Below are positions 50,620 through 61,008 of a stretch of 64,000 nucleotides of DNA, piece after piece (the stretch's first letter is position 1; every line of letters starts with the position of its first letter). The position numbers were made by a program, and so were the translations under genes. This DNA comes from an uncultured Chthonomonadaceae bacterium (lineage in GTDB: Bacteria; Armatimonadota; Chthonomonadetes; Chthonomonadales; Chthonomonadaceae). The stretch spans positions 160,001 to 224,000 of the forward strand of contig CAWIEK010000002.1 of the NCBI GenBank assembly GCA_963835065.1, read 5' to 3'. The notes beneath the pieces were generated by a model. That model was not told the origin of the DNA. It saw only the letters and a program-made list of their open reading frames with translations, and did no database searches.

Positions 50620-52155
50620 GTGAGTGATACCAAACTTACGCGCCGCGCGCTGCTCCAGTCGGGTACGGCGGCGGCTCTGGCGGGTCATTCTTTGGCGGCG
50701 TCGGGAGAGACTCCCCAGGGCCGCGCCGCCAGTGCCGGATTCCAAAATCCGCTTTTCGCCGGTGATTACGCCGACCCTTCGATTTTGCGTGTGGGCAAGG
50801 ATTTTTATCTCACGCACACCACCTATCGCTATTCGCCGGGGTTGGTAGTCTGGCACTCGCGCGATCTGGTTAACTGGCTGCCGATTTCCAGCGCGCTCCC
50901 CCACCTTTCTGGCGTAGGCGAAGTGTGGGCACCGGACTTCGTTGAGCATCAGGGGCGCTATTACATCTACTATCCCCAGAATGGGCGCTTGTTCGTGGCG
51001 CATACCACAAACCCACGCGGAGCCTGGAGTACCCCGCTTGATCTGGGAATCAATAGCATTGATCCGGGGCACGTTGTCGCGCCGGATGGAACGCGCTACC
51101 TGTATTTTGGCGGGGGCGAAGTCATTCAGTTGAGCGCCGACGGCCTGGCAACGGTAGGCGAGAAACGGCGCGCTTACGAGGGCTGGCGGTTTCCCGGAGA
51201 TTGGAAGACCGAAGGGTTCTGGCTGGAAAGCTGTAAGCTGACCCGGCGTAACGACTTCTACTATCTGACTTGCGCCGAAGGCGGCACCAGCGGCCCGCCC
51301 ACCAGTCACATGGCGGTGGTAGCGCGCTCGAAATCGCCCCTGGGACCCTGGGAGAACTCGCCCTATAATCCGCTAATTCACACGTACAGCGCAGACGAAA
51401 GTTGGTGGTCCATCGGGCACGGCACACTCGTTTCAACGCCCGATGACCGCTGGTACTTCGTTTATCATGGCTACCGAAATGGCTTCCAGACGCTGGGGCG
51501 TCACATCCTCATGGAACCGGTTGAATGGACAGCCGATGGTTGGCCGCGCGCGCCAATGGGTGTTCGCCGCGATCAGCCGATGCCCGCTCCGATGGGCGTG
51601 GCGCAGCGTCCGATGATCCCCTTGTCCGATGACTTTCGCGCGCCGCGCCTGAAGGCCACCTGGGGCGCGTGGGACGAAACCGATCTGAGCCGTTTCCAGG
51701 TGGGCAGAGGCGCGCTTGTGGTTCGGGGCAAAGGTCAGACGCCGGGCAAGAGTTCGCCGCTCACCGTGATGGCGCGCGACGCGAGTTATGAGGTACAGGT
51801 GGTGGTGACGCCGGAAAACGACGGCGCGGGGGCGCTGGGCTTGTTTTACAATCCCAACAACGGGGTGTTTGCCGAACTCAAGGGTGGCCGATTGCGCGTT
51901 TATGGAGCCAGCGAAACCCTGGCGGATCGGGAGTGGAAGGCAAGCGCGGCGCACCTGAAAATCATCAACCGTCGCCATTCGGTTGAGTTTATGGCCGCTG
52001 AAAACGGCCGCGACTGGCAAAGTTTAGTCGCCGGTTTCGATGCGTCGGGCTTCAAAACCAACGTCCTGCACGGCTTTCAGGCTCTACGCCCCGCGCTGGC
52101 GGCGAGTGGCGGGGGTGAAGCGCGCTTCACCACATTCAATTACCGCGCACTGTAA
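50620..52155 (+). CDS. GH43 beta-xylosidase/arabinofuranosidase, Tat-exported
   Basis: TRRALL, YADPSI, HSRDLVNW, WAPD, IDPG. Confidence 0.93.
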   Translation: MSDTKLTRRALLQSGTAAALAGHSLAASGETPQGRAASAGFQNPLFAGDYADPSILRVGKDFYLTHTTYRYSPGLVVWHSRDLVNWLPISSALPHLSGVGEVWAPDFVEHQGRYYIYYPQNGRLFVAHTTNPRGAWSTPLDLGINSIDPGHVVAPDGTRYLYFGGGEVIQLSADGLATVGEKRRAYEGWRFPGDWKTEGFWLESCKLTRRNDFYYLTCAEGGTSGPPTSHMAVVARSKSPLGPWENSPYNPLIHTYSADESWWSIGHGTLVSTPDDRWYFVYHGYRNGFQTLGRHILMEPVEWTADGWPRAPMGVRRDQPMPAPMGVAQRPMIPLSDDFRAPRLKATWGAWDETDLSRFQVGRGALVVRGKGQTPGKSSPLTVMARDASYEVQVVVTPENDGAGALGLFYNPNNGVFAELKGGRLRVYGASETLADREWKASAAHLKIINRRHSVEFMAAENGRDWQSLVAGFDASGFKTNVLHGFQALRPALAASGGGEARFTTFNYRAL

Positions 52156-52218
52156 GTCGCCTCCGGTCGAAGACGCTTCCCGAACACACCGCGACCCGAC
52201 ACGTCACGAAAAACAATC

Positions 52219-55200
52219 ATGAAAATTCGACCTCACATATTTCTCCTGCCGCTGCTCCTCGTCGCGCTCGCATGTCGCGTGTCCGCGCAGGATGTCGGGC
52301 GCGTCTCGCCCGCGTCTCTCCCGATGCCGTTGCCGACCGCCGCGCCGATGCCGCCTGACCGGCTGCGCGCTCACAACCCGTGGAACCTGCCGATGACCGG
52401 CGCCTGGCGTTTTCAACTGGCCTACGGGCGCATCACGGCCGGGCAGTTCCAGCCTTCCGCTCCCGTCTCACATGCGCTCACGGCCTCGACCAGTCAGACC
52501 GAAAACCCGCCCCGGAACGCGTTCGACGGCGACCCCGACACGCGCTGGTGCGCCAGCAGCGGCGACTACCCGCAGTGGCTTCAGGCGGACCTGGGGCAGA
52601 AGCGGCGCGTTTCCGGCGCGACCTTGATCTGGGAGTATCCGGGAGACCACTACGAATGCCGCATTGAAGGGCGCAATGAGGGCGGGAAATGGACGACGCT
52701 GGCGGACGCGACCGCCGCGCCGGGACTCGGCGACGGCCCCGTCGCGGTGGCACCCGCCGATGTCCGCTATGTCCGCATCACGGTGACAGGCACCTCCGGC
52801 GAACACTGGGCCTCGCTTCGGGAGTTCCAAATTCGGACCACTGAAAACGGTCAGGAAGTCGCCTGGCGCCCCCCCGCCCCGGAGCCTGTCAATGCGAATG
52901 TGTCGGCGGCTCTGGACGCGTTCGCCTCGACCGGCTTCGACGATTCCGCGTGGCATGCTCTGCCCGTGCCGTCCAACTGGGAGATGTACGGCTACTCACT
53001 GCCGACCTATAACGCCGTGGACAATACCGTTGGGCTGTATCGGCGTTGGGTCACGATCCCGGCATCCTGGGCCGGCAGGCGCATTTACTGGCACTTCGAT
53101 GGCGCGCTGGACGGCGCGGAGGTGTTTGTCAACGGTCAGAAGGCCGGCTACCATGAGAGCGGCTACACCGCCTGGGACATTGACCTGACGGGGATGCTCA
53201 AGCCTGGTCAGCGCAACCTGTTCGCCGCGCGTATCTGCAAACAGACCCCCTCGGTTGACTGCGACACCGGTGACTACCAGACGATGGGGGGCATTTATCG
53301 GGACACGTCCCTGATCGCCGTCCCGGAGACGCGCGTCTCCGATATTATTGTGCGGACGCCGCTGGCCGCAAACTACAAAGATGCAACGCTGTTCACTCAG
53401 TTAAGCGTCCGGGGGACGCCGGGCCAGACGGTTGCTGTGACCGGCGCGTTGATGTACGTCAATGGGCGTCCGGCGGGAGTGAGTCTCTCCGGCGCAGGGC
53501 GAATCCAGGCCGATGGGACAGCGCAGATCATGATGAGCGCCCCGGTGAAAGCGCCCGCCCTCTGGTCGGCAGAGAAGCCGAACCTGTATTATGTGGTTTT
53601 CTCGATGACCGCTGAGGGAAAACCCATCGAACGCGTCGAGGAGCGGTTCGGGTTCAAACAGATCGAGATCAAAAACAATGTCGTGCTGTGGAACGGGATG
53701 CCAATCAAATGCACCGGCGTCTGCCGCCACGATTTCTGGGCCGACAAAGGGTTTGCGCTCACCGAAGCCAACTGGGTCAAAGACCTGACGCTGATGAAGG
53801 CCGCCAACATCAACGCGGTGCGAACCAGCCATTACAACCATGCCGCCCGGTTCCTCGAACTGTGCGACGAAAAGGGCATGTACATTCTCGATGAGGTTCC
53901 CTACTGTTGGATCAATGACCAGGTGAAGGACCTTAAATACGCGCCATACCTCTTGCAGCGCGCCCAGGAGACCGTGGCGCGGGACAAGAACCGGCCCTGC
54001 GTCCTGGCCTGGAGCCTGGGCAATGAAAACCCCTACGGCATTGACTCGCAGATGGCTTCGGACCTGATTGGCAAGGCCGATCCGACCCGTCCGAGGTTCG
54101 TCTCGGGGCAGAACCCTGAGAGCATCAAGGGCCAGCCCTGGCAGGATGACCACTACCCCGGCCCGGATTCCATTGATCGCTATGCCAGGGACGCGCGGTG
54201 GGGCGAAAACATCACGGAACACCCACACACGTTCTACGAGAAGGAGGTTCAGGACTACGATCCCGGCGCGTCTGATCTCTGGTCCGAGACTCTCATCAAA
54301 ACCTGGGACAAGCTGTGGAAGGCCCCGAACATCCTCGGCTCGTTCATCTGGGAGTGGCAGAACCAGGGCATTGCTGACAAGAACGCCGACACGACGACCG
54401 ACTTCTGGTATGACCCGAACCATCTGCGCCAGGAGAACAACAAGGGGGTCGTGACCGCGTATCGCGTTCCGAAGCCCGAATGGTGGATCGTCAAGAGCGC
54501 CTACAGCCCGGTCGCCGTCACGGCTCGCACCGTCAGCCCTATGCGCGGTGTCTGCGCGGTCCCCATCACGAACCACTACTCGTTCACGGATTTGAAAGAG
54601 CTGACCTGCCGCTGGAGCGCGCTGAGCGGGGGCACGAAGCTACAAGGCGGCGTCTCTCACATCGTCTGTGGGCCGCTGCAGTCCGTGACGGCGTCGTTCC
54701 CGGCCCCGACCGGCATGACGGCGCTGCGGCTGGAGTTCCTCCACCCGGACGGTGCCTCCATAATCGCGTTCAATCTCCGCGTGGAGGGCATTCCCCTTCC
54801 CGCCGCGCCCGACGCCATGGCTGCGGGCGGCGCGTTGACCACGCAGAACGGCCCGGACACGCTCACGGTCAGCAACTCCGTCCAGCAGATCGCGTTCGAC
54901 ACCCGCGCCGGAACCCTCCGGTCCTGGCGCGTCAACGGGCGGGATGTGCTGCTGGGCGGCCCGATCCTCAATCTGGGCGAGGCGAAGGCCGGCAGCGAGC
55001 GGGGAATGTACCACACCAAGCAACCCCCGGTCACGAACGATGCTCACGTCATGGCGACGCCGGGGGCGGGCGGGGCGGTACATGTCGCTGTGACCAGCAC
55101 CGTCCTTGCGACGGCGGGCGGCCCCACGCTCGGCACACTGACCACGACCTATGACCTCAAGCCTGATGCCGAGATGAGGGTCGCCTGGACCCTGAACTGG

Positions 55201-55632
55201 ACCGCGTTGAACATCGGCCTGTGGGAAGAGGGCGTCCGGTTCTTGCTGCCGCCGGGGATGACCCGGACAGCCTGGCTGCGCGACTCGTACTTCACCGACT
55301 ACCCCGCCGGGCACCTCGGCGAACCGTCGGGAACGGCGCGGGCAGGCGACACCCTGTTCCGCGCCGCAAAGCGCGGCCTGCACTGGATGACGCTCTTGGA
55401 CAGCAGCGGCGTGGGCCTCGCGCTGCTGCCAACGGACGTTCCGCTGGTGGGCCGCGCCGAGACGACCACGACCGGCACGATTTTGTTTGCCAGCCGCGAG
55501 GTTGCCGGCCCCCATGGACTCAGCGGCTCCTGGGTGGCCGACCACGCGATCCATGCCGTCAACGGGCAATCGCTCACCGGCGCGTTCACCCTCCGCGCGG
55601 TCCATGCGCCTGCCAGGACCGCGCAGCACTGA
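52219..55632 (+). CDS. GH2 beta-galactosidase-like protein with F5/8 type C (CBM32) insert
   Basis: AFDGDPDTRW, WSAEKPNLY, NAVRTSHY, WSLGNE. Confidence 0.92.
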   Translation: MKIRPHIFLLPLLLVALACRVSAQDVGRVSPASLPMPLPTAAPMPPDRLRAHNPWNLPMTGAWRFQLAYGRITAGQFQPSAPVSHALTASTSQTENPPRNAFDGDPDTRWCASSGDYPQWLQADLGQKRRVSGATLIWEYPGDHYECRIEGRNEGGKWTTLADATAAPGLGDGPVAVAPADVRYVRITVTGTSGEHWASLREFQIRTTENGQEVAWRPPAPEPVNANVSAALDAFASTGFDDSAWHALPVPSNWEMYGYSLPTYNAVDNTVGLYRRWVTIPASWAGRRIYWHFDGALDGAEVFVNGQKAGYHESGYTAWDIDLTGMLKPGQRNLFAARICKQTPSVDCDTGDYQTMGGIYRDTSLIAVPETRVSDIIVRTPLAANYKDATLFTQLSVRGTPGQTVAVTGALMYVNGRPAGVSLSGAGRIQADGTAQIMMSAPVKAPALWSAEKPNLYYVVFSMTAEGKPIERVEERFGFKQIEIKNNVVLWNGMPIKCTGVCRHDFWADKGFALTEANWVKDLTLMKAANINAVRTSHYNHAARFLELCDEKGMYILDEVPYCWINDQVKDLKYAPYLLQRAQETVARDKNRPCVLAWSLGNENPYGIDSQMASDLIGKADPTRPRFVSGQNPESIKGQPWQDDHYPGPDSIDRYARDARWGENITEHPHTFYEKEVQDYDPGASDLWSETLIKTWDKLWKAPNILGSFIWEWQNQGIADKNADTTTDFWYDPNHLRQENNKGVVTAYRVPKPEWWIVKSAYSPVAVTARTVSPMRGVCAVPITNHYSFTDLKELTCRWSALSGGTKLQGGVSHIVCGPLQSVTASFPAPTGMTALRLEFLHPDGASIIAFNLRVEGIPLPAAPDAMAAGGALTTQNGPDTLTVSNSVQQIAFDTRAGTLRSWRVNGRDVLLGGPILNLGEAKAGSERGMYHTKQPPVTNDAHVMATPGAGGAVHVAVTSTVLATAGGPTLGTLTTTYDLKPDAEMRVAWTLNWTALNIGLWEEGVRFLLPPGMTRTAWLRDSYFTDYPAGHLGEPSGTARAGDTLFRAAKRGLHWMTLLDSSGVGLALLPTDVPLVGRAETTTTGTILFASREVAGPHGLSGSWVADHAIHAVNGQSLTGAFTLRAVHAPARTAQH

Positions 55633-55813
55633 AGCCGCTGCTGCAATCACCGCGGGCACAAAGCGCCAATTTCCCGGTCGGGATCAGCGGGACCAAAATA
55701 AAGTTCCTTGCTGGCGGTGAGCCTGATCACAGGAAAATGGGTGAATGTGATTACCTGAATGAGTGAGAGGTCCAGAAGAATCACTGCGTTGTCGCTTTCT
55801 GTTGTAGCCGCGA

Positions 55814-55822
55814 TGGTATAAT
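55814..55822 (+). promoter_or_regulatory. extended -10 promoter element
   Basis: TGgTATAAT upstream of ORF 55865. Confidence 0.5.
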
Positions 55823-55864
55823 GAGAGGAAACGCGCCCCATCAAGCAAAAGGACGTTTGAGACA

Positions 55865-56266
55865 ATGGCGACAATTTCCGTACAGGCAAAATTGACGAGC
55901 GAGGATTTGCTGAACGCTTTGGCGCAGCTCGATACGCGCGAAGCAGAACACCTTTTGCGGCGATGGCAGCAGCTATTGGCGCAGCGCAAAGTGCCGTCTG
56001 TGCCGCAGCGGGAGGCGGAATTGCTCCAGTTCATTGCGCGGGAAAAGCGGGCAGGGTTCGCGGAGCGGTTCGCCGAACTGCAAGCCAAACGCCGCGCTTT
56101 CATGCTCACGCCGGACGAGCAGGATGAACTGATTGCCCTCAGCGATGAAGCCGAAGCCTTCGATGTCGAACGCCTGAGAGCCTTGTCGGAACTCGCCCAA
56201 CTTCGGCAGATTTCCGTACCGCGCCTGATGAAGCAACTCGGCTTGAAGGCTCCTCCCGTTGTCTGA
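55865..56266 (+). CDS. helical antitoxin-like protein (family I recall being paired with an HNH nuclease)
   Basis: E.ELL..I...LT.DE..ELI.L....E.....RL.AL.ELAQLR. Confidence 0.7.
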   Translation: MATISVQAKLTSEDLLNALAQLDTREAEHLLRRWQQLLAQRKVPSVPQREAELLQFIAREKRAGFAERFAELQAKRRAFMLTPDEQDELIALSDEAEAFDVERLRALSELAQLRQISVPRLMKQLGLKAPPVV

Positions 56267-56519
56267 GTACATACCCACACTCCTGCGTCAGGTTGTCGAG
56301 CAGGGGGTAAAATGTCTGGTATTGCTTCAAAGTCAATGTTTCCGCAAATGTATACTATCGGCAAAGGAAGCCTACGAGCGTCCCAACGAATTGAGTCTGG
56401 AAGTAGGCGACGCGCTGATACCCGGCAAGACCAACGTAATCGCCCTGCGCGTCAACACCAGTCTCAACCACGCCGCAGGGGGAGGACTGCAAGGCCGTGT
56501 CTTTCTCTACTCGCTATAG
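56259..56519 (+). pseudogene. chimeric remnant: HNH-gene-like start fused to a sugar-binding domain C-terminus
   Basis: MSEYIPTLLRQVV... then LIPGKTNVIALRV...GGLQGRVFLY. Confidence 0.45.
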
Positions 56520-56649
56520 CGCCACAGGCAAATTGCGTTTGGGAGGCCAAGCCGAAAAGGATTCCTGCTGTGAGACTAATACAGAGTAGGTGAAGGAAAG
56601 GCAAGACAGGAAATAGCAAGTCACATCACGCATCAAGGAGAATTTTCGT

Positions 56650-57567
56650 ATGACACTGTTGCCCTTTCGCACGGGACGCTGTGCGAGTTCCACTCTGAAC
56701 GCCTTGTTAATTGTTCTCGCGTTGCTGCCGTCTGCCACCCTGACGTTTGCCGCGCCGCCTGCATCCACGCCGGATCAGGGGGCGAAGCACGATAACAAAG
56801 AGTACACGCTTGCCCGCACCTTCAAAGTCAAAGAGGTCAGCCGCTACAAAGTGAAGGCGACGGTGAATCAGGACGACTCCCAAAGAGGCCACATCGAATA
56901 TGTTACGAACATGGTCTACCACGAAATGACCAAAGAGATCAAACCCAACGGGAGCGCCGTCCTTACGAGCGAGTTCGACTCAGCCAGCGTCAGGGTTAAC
57001 GGGATGGACAGAAACCTGACCGGCTCCTTACCGACCATTACCGCAACAATCGACAAGCAGGGACATGTACTGGACACCAAAATAGAAGGCAGTGACCCTA
57101 TGATTACCCATATGGCGGCAGGCATGATATTCAATGTCGGGCAGCAAGGAGGCTTTTCCCCTGTCAAGCCAATCAAAGTCGGGGATACTTGGAAATTTGA
57201 GCAACCCGCCAAAGAGGACATCATTATGAAAGTGACGGGAACAGCGACTTTTCTTGGTATGGACACCCTCAACGGGATGCAAACGTACAAGGTCAAAATG
57301 GTGAGCGAGAGCGAGACTACCATAGACCAACCCGAAAAGCCGGGGAAGAAGCTCAACTTCAAGATACATGGGGAGGGGATTATCAACTTCGACACGCTCT
57401 CCGGTAAAATGGTCAAAATGACGGACACTTTCACGTCCACGTTTACGTCTGATGGTATTGCGTCCGGCAAGATCACAAGGGAGATGATCGTCACGCTCGT
57501 TACGAGCGACGACAAAAACCCCAAGCCTAAAGAGTCCGGCGATAAAACAGACAAGCCGAACAACTAA
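56650..57567 (+). CDS. secreted beta-rich hypothetical protein
   Basis: AAGGAG RBS, signal peptide, PIKVGDTWK motif. Confidence 0.8.
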   Translation: MTLLPFRTGRCASSTLNALLIVLALLPSATLTFAAPPASTPDQGAKHDNKEYTLARTFKVKEVSRYKVKATVNQDDSQRGHIEYVTNMVYHEMTKEIKPNGSAVLTSEFDSASVRVNGMDRNLTGSLPTITATIDKQGHVLDTKIEGSDPMITHMAAGMIFNVGQQGGFSPVKPIKVGDTWKFEQPAKEDIIMKVTGTATFLGMDTLNGMQTYKVKMVSESETTIDQPEKPGKKLNFKIHGEGIINFDTLSGKMVKMTDTFTSTFTSDGIASGKITREMIVTLVTSDDKNPKPKESGDKTDKPNN

Positions 57568-58239
57568 TCAGTTGCGATTTTCGAGATAACCTGCCGGCAT
57601 TGCATTATTGCTATCCGAGGCAAGCGACGCAAATCTAGTTGGAGTAACACAAATTCAACTTTCGATAATGGGGAATTATGCCGTTGTCTGCTAATTGTGA
57701 AGTAAACCCCAAAAGTGCGTTAGAGTCGCGTCTGATCCCACGAAATTAGCAAAGTCACACTTAATCTCACTTGCTCGTCTGTTAAATAGTACGTGATAAT
57801 CCCTTTTATCACGCATTGTAATTGCACGTACATAGTATTCCTCCTCATCTTCACGAATGTCGCTAATTCTGTATAGAATAGCCGCACAGGGTAATGCTGG
57901 AGAACTGACACGAAACGCCTGTTCGCTGCTGTAAGCGGACAGGCATTTTTATGTCTGCCCGCCTGTTGGTGAATTTTGTTCAAAGTTCCTTGTCGCCGGT
58001 GAGCCTGATTACAGGAAAATTGGGGCGCACTGGCGAATACTGATCGTGACTAATCCCTGTGAGGTACGCATGGTATTCCCTTTCCTTCCTGAGAACCCGG
58101 TTCCGATGGCGGGACGCGGCCTTTCGCCGCTTCGTGGCCTGTTTTATGCTGGTGTTCCCGGTGTCCTGGTGGTGAAGAGTTTCCATTCATCCGGCGCGAC
58201 AATAATGCGCACATCGGACGCTGCCAAAGGAGCCATGCC

Positions 58240-59277
58240 ATGACAACATTTTCTCTCTCCTCCGCAATGCGCGTTCCGCGTTTTGTTGGCGAGGGGCGTA
58301 TCGAATGGGGCGAAAAACCTGTGCCGGAACCGGGTGTGGGCCAACTGCTGCTTCAGGCGCGGGCCAATGCGCTGTGCGGGTCGGAGCGCGAGCAGTTTCG
58401 GGGTGGCTCGGCTGTCACGCCGGGACATGAGGCGGCGGGCGTGGTCGTGGCGGCGGGACCTGATACTTCCACTGCCGTAGGCACACCGGGCGTGGTTTTC
58501 CTGATGGACTTTTGCGGGCAGTGCCGTTCCTGCAAGCGCGGCGCGACCAATCAATGCCTGCACAAGCGCGGGGATATGGGCTTCACGCGGGACGGCGGTT
58601 ATGGCCCTTATGAACGGATACACGAAACCATCTTCTTTCCCATAGATGCCGACCTGCCGCTTTCCGACGCGACCCTGCTCCTTGACATCATGGGAACCGG
58701 CGGCCATGCGCTTGCGCGGGGACGTCAGATTGTCCCCGCGCCCGAATCGCTGCTGATTACCGGAGCCGGGCCGATTGGTTTGGGCGTCCTTGCAATGGCG
58801 CGGCTGCTGTTCGCCCCCGGCCTCCCGATTGTGATTACGGATCGCGTACCCTATCGGCTCGAACTTGCCACACAGTTGGGCGGCATTGCCGTAGATGTTA
58901 CGCGCCAGAGCCTTGCGGAGGGGGCAAAGGCTGCGGGCATAAGCGGCGGCTTCGACCTGGCTCTGGATACAACCGGCAGTGGCGAGGCGGTACGGAGTGT
59001 TCTGGAAAGTTTGGGGCGTGACGCCGCGCTGGTGTGTATCGGGCATGGGGCGCAGATTGCGCTCAACGTGTCCCGCGACCTGATTCAGACCGAAGCGGCG
59101 CTTGTCGGCAGCGAGTATTTCCGCTTCGACGAACTGCCCGCGAACCTGGCCCTGCTGCGGCAGCATCGCAGCTATTTGAGCCAAATCATCACGCATCGCT
59201 TTCCCATTGCGGAGATACAGCGCGCGTTTGAAACATTCTTTGCGGGCGAAACAGGAAAAGTGATTGTAGAACAGTAA
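58240..59277 (+). CDS. Zn-dependent alcohol/sugar dehydrogenase (MDR)
   Basis: CGS, GHE, CGQCRSC...C, GAGPIG. Confidence 0.93.
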   Translation: MTTFSLSSAMRVPRFVGEGRIEWGEKPVPEPGVGQLLLQARANALCGSEREQFRGGSAVTPGHEAAGVVVAAGPDTSTAVGTPGVVFLMDFCGQCRSCKRGATNQCLHKRGDMGFTRDGGYGPYERIHETIFFPIDADLPLSDATLLLDIMGTGGHALARGRQIVPAPESLLITGAGPIGLGVLAMARLLFAPGLPIVITDRVPYRLELATQLGGIAVDVTRQSLAEGAKAAGISGGFDLALDTTGSGEAVRSVLESLGRDAALVCIGHGAQIALNVSRDLIQTEAALVGSEYFRFDELPANLALLRQHRSYLSQIITHRFPIAEIQRAFETFFAGETGKVIVEQ

Positions 59278-59360
59278 AGTACGAGGCAGGCAACAGGAAC
59301 TTCATGATGCCAACAACTCTCAAAATAGGAAGAAAATAGAAAGAAAGTAGGAACCTGACC

Positions 59361-60135
59361 ATGACGAATATACCCATCGGCCTGCAGCTGTTTTCCGTGC
59401 GCGGCGAATGTGCCAAAAGTCTGCCCGCAACCCTCAAGGAAGTGGCTGCTATGGGCTATCAGGGCGCGGAACCGTGGGATTACGATGGCGCGTCCCTCCA
59501 ATGGCAGGGACATTCCGCAAGCGACATTCGCCGCATGTATGATGACAACGGCCTTGATCTGCTGCGGCCTGCACCTGACGACGGACGCGCTACTGGACGA
59601 CAATCTCGCCCGTACCATCGAGTTCAATCAGATACTTGGCAATCGTTTCCTGATCGTTGCTATGGACAAGCAGCGCATGGCTTCCGCGCAGGGCGTGCAG
59701 GAACTGGCGGGCATCCTCAACGACGCGGCGGGAAAGCTGCAGGCTGTGGGCATGTTTGCGGGCTACCACGCGCACGGTTTCGACTTTGTCACGCTGGAAA
59801 ACGGCGAGATCGCCTGGAATTTCCTCTTCTCCCAAACGCGCCCGGAAGTGATCATGCAGATTGACATTGGCAATTCGGTATCGGGCGGCGGCGATCCGAT
59901 TGCCGCGCTGCGCCTGTTTCCGAACCGCGCCCGTTCGGTTCATCTCAAAGATTACGGCGGCTCCTCGCCCAACGCCGTGCTGGGAGAAGGCAAGGCGGAC
60001 TGGCCGGAGATATTCCGGCTGTGCGAAACCACGCAGAACACGGAGTGGTACGTGGTCGAGGAGGGCGGGGCGGATGGGATCGGCTTTGATATTCCACGCC
60101 GCAGTCTTGAAGCGTTGCGCCGCATGGGTAAGTGA
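59361..60135 (+). CDS. sugar phosphate isomerase/epimerase (apparent +1 frameshift near 59553)
   Basis: IGLQLFSVR, GYHAH, QIDIG, HLKD, VVEE. Confidence 0.9.
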
Positions 60136-60146
60136 GGAGCTAAATT

Positions 60147-60929
60147 ATGCGACTGAGCTGCTGCGCCTATTCCTATCGTCACGCGCTTCAGGCCGGGCAA
60201 ATGACCCTGCCGGAGTTTGTTCACGTGTGCCGACAGACAGGCTTTGACGGGGTGGAACTGACGGCGTACTACTTCGCCTCGACGGAGCGTTCTTACCTGA
60301 ACGATCTCAAACGCCTGGCGCACCGGGAAGGAATGTTGATTTCCGGCACGGCTATCGGCAGCGATTTTGCCCACCCGGATGCGGGCAAGCGGCAGGAACA
60401 CGTTGCCCTGACAAAGGCATGGATTGAACATTCCGAGATACTGGGCGCTCCGACCCTGCGCGTTTTTGCCGGGAGTGTTCGCCCGGAGTCAGACCCGGAA
60501 CAAACCTTTCAGGAAGTCGTGTCCTGCCTGCAATCCTGCGCCGAAACCGCCTGGGAGCGGGGCATTATGCTGGCTATGGAAAATCACGGGGGCCTGACGC
60601 AAACGGCAGCCGGAACGCTGCGATTATTACAGGCTGTAGACCGCCCCGCGCTGCGCCTCAACCTGGACTTTGGAAATTTTCACGGCGACATCTACGAACA
60701 GTTTGCAGCCTGCGCTCCCTTTGCGGTCGCAACCCATGCCAAGCCGCTTGCGACAATCACGCCGGGACAGCCGCCAACGCGCGAGCGTGTAGACTACAAA
60801 CGTGTAAGAAGTATTCTGGAGCAAGCGGGGTATCGCGGTTTCCTGGCTATCGAATACGAGGAAGCGGAACCACCTGAAGCGGCAGTAGCGCAATTCGCCG
60901 CCGAACTCCGCGCCGCTCTGCAAGACTAA
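60147..60929 (+). CDS. sugar phosphate isomerase/epimerase (TIM barrel)
   Basis: [25 protein letters not shown]. Confidence 0.92.
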   Translation: MRLSCCAYSYRHALQAGQMTLPEFVHVCRQTGFDGVELTAYYFASTERSYLNDLKRLAHREGMLISGTAIGSDFAHPDAGKRQEHVALTKAWIEHSEILGAPTLRVFAGSVRPESDPEQTFQEVVSCLQSCAETAWERGIMLAMENHGGLTQTAAGTLRLLQAVDRPALRLNLDFGNFHGDIYEQFAACAPFAVATHAKPLATITPGQPPTRERVDYKRVRSILEQAGYRGFLAIEYEEAEPPEAAVAQFAAELRAALQD

Positions 60930-61008
60930 ACGCAGTTTCTACAACAACTTCGGCTACTTCTCTTATCTCTTATCTCATATCTCGCCTCTTGCAGAAGGAG
61001 AACGCAGA

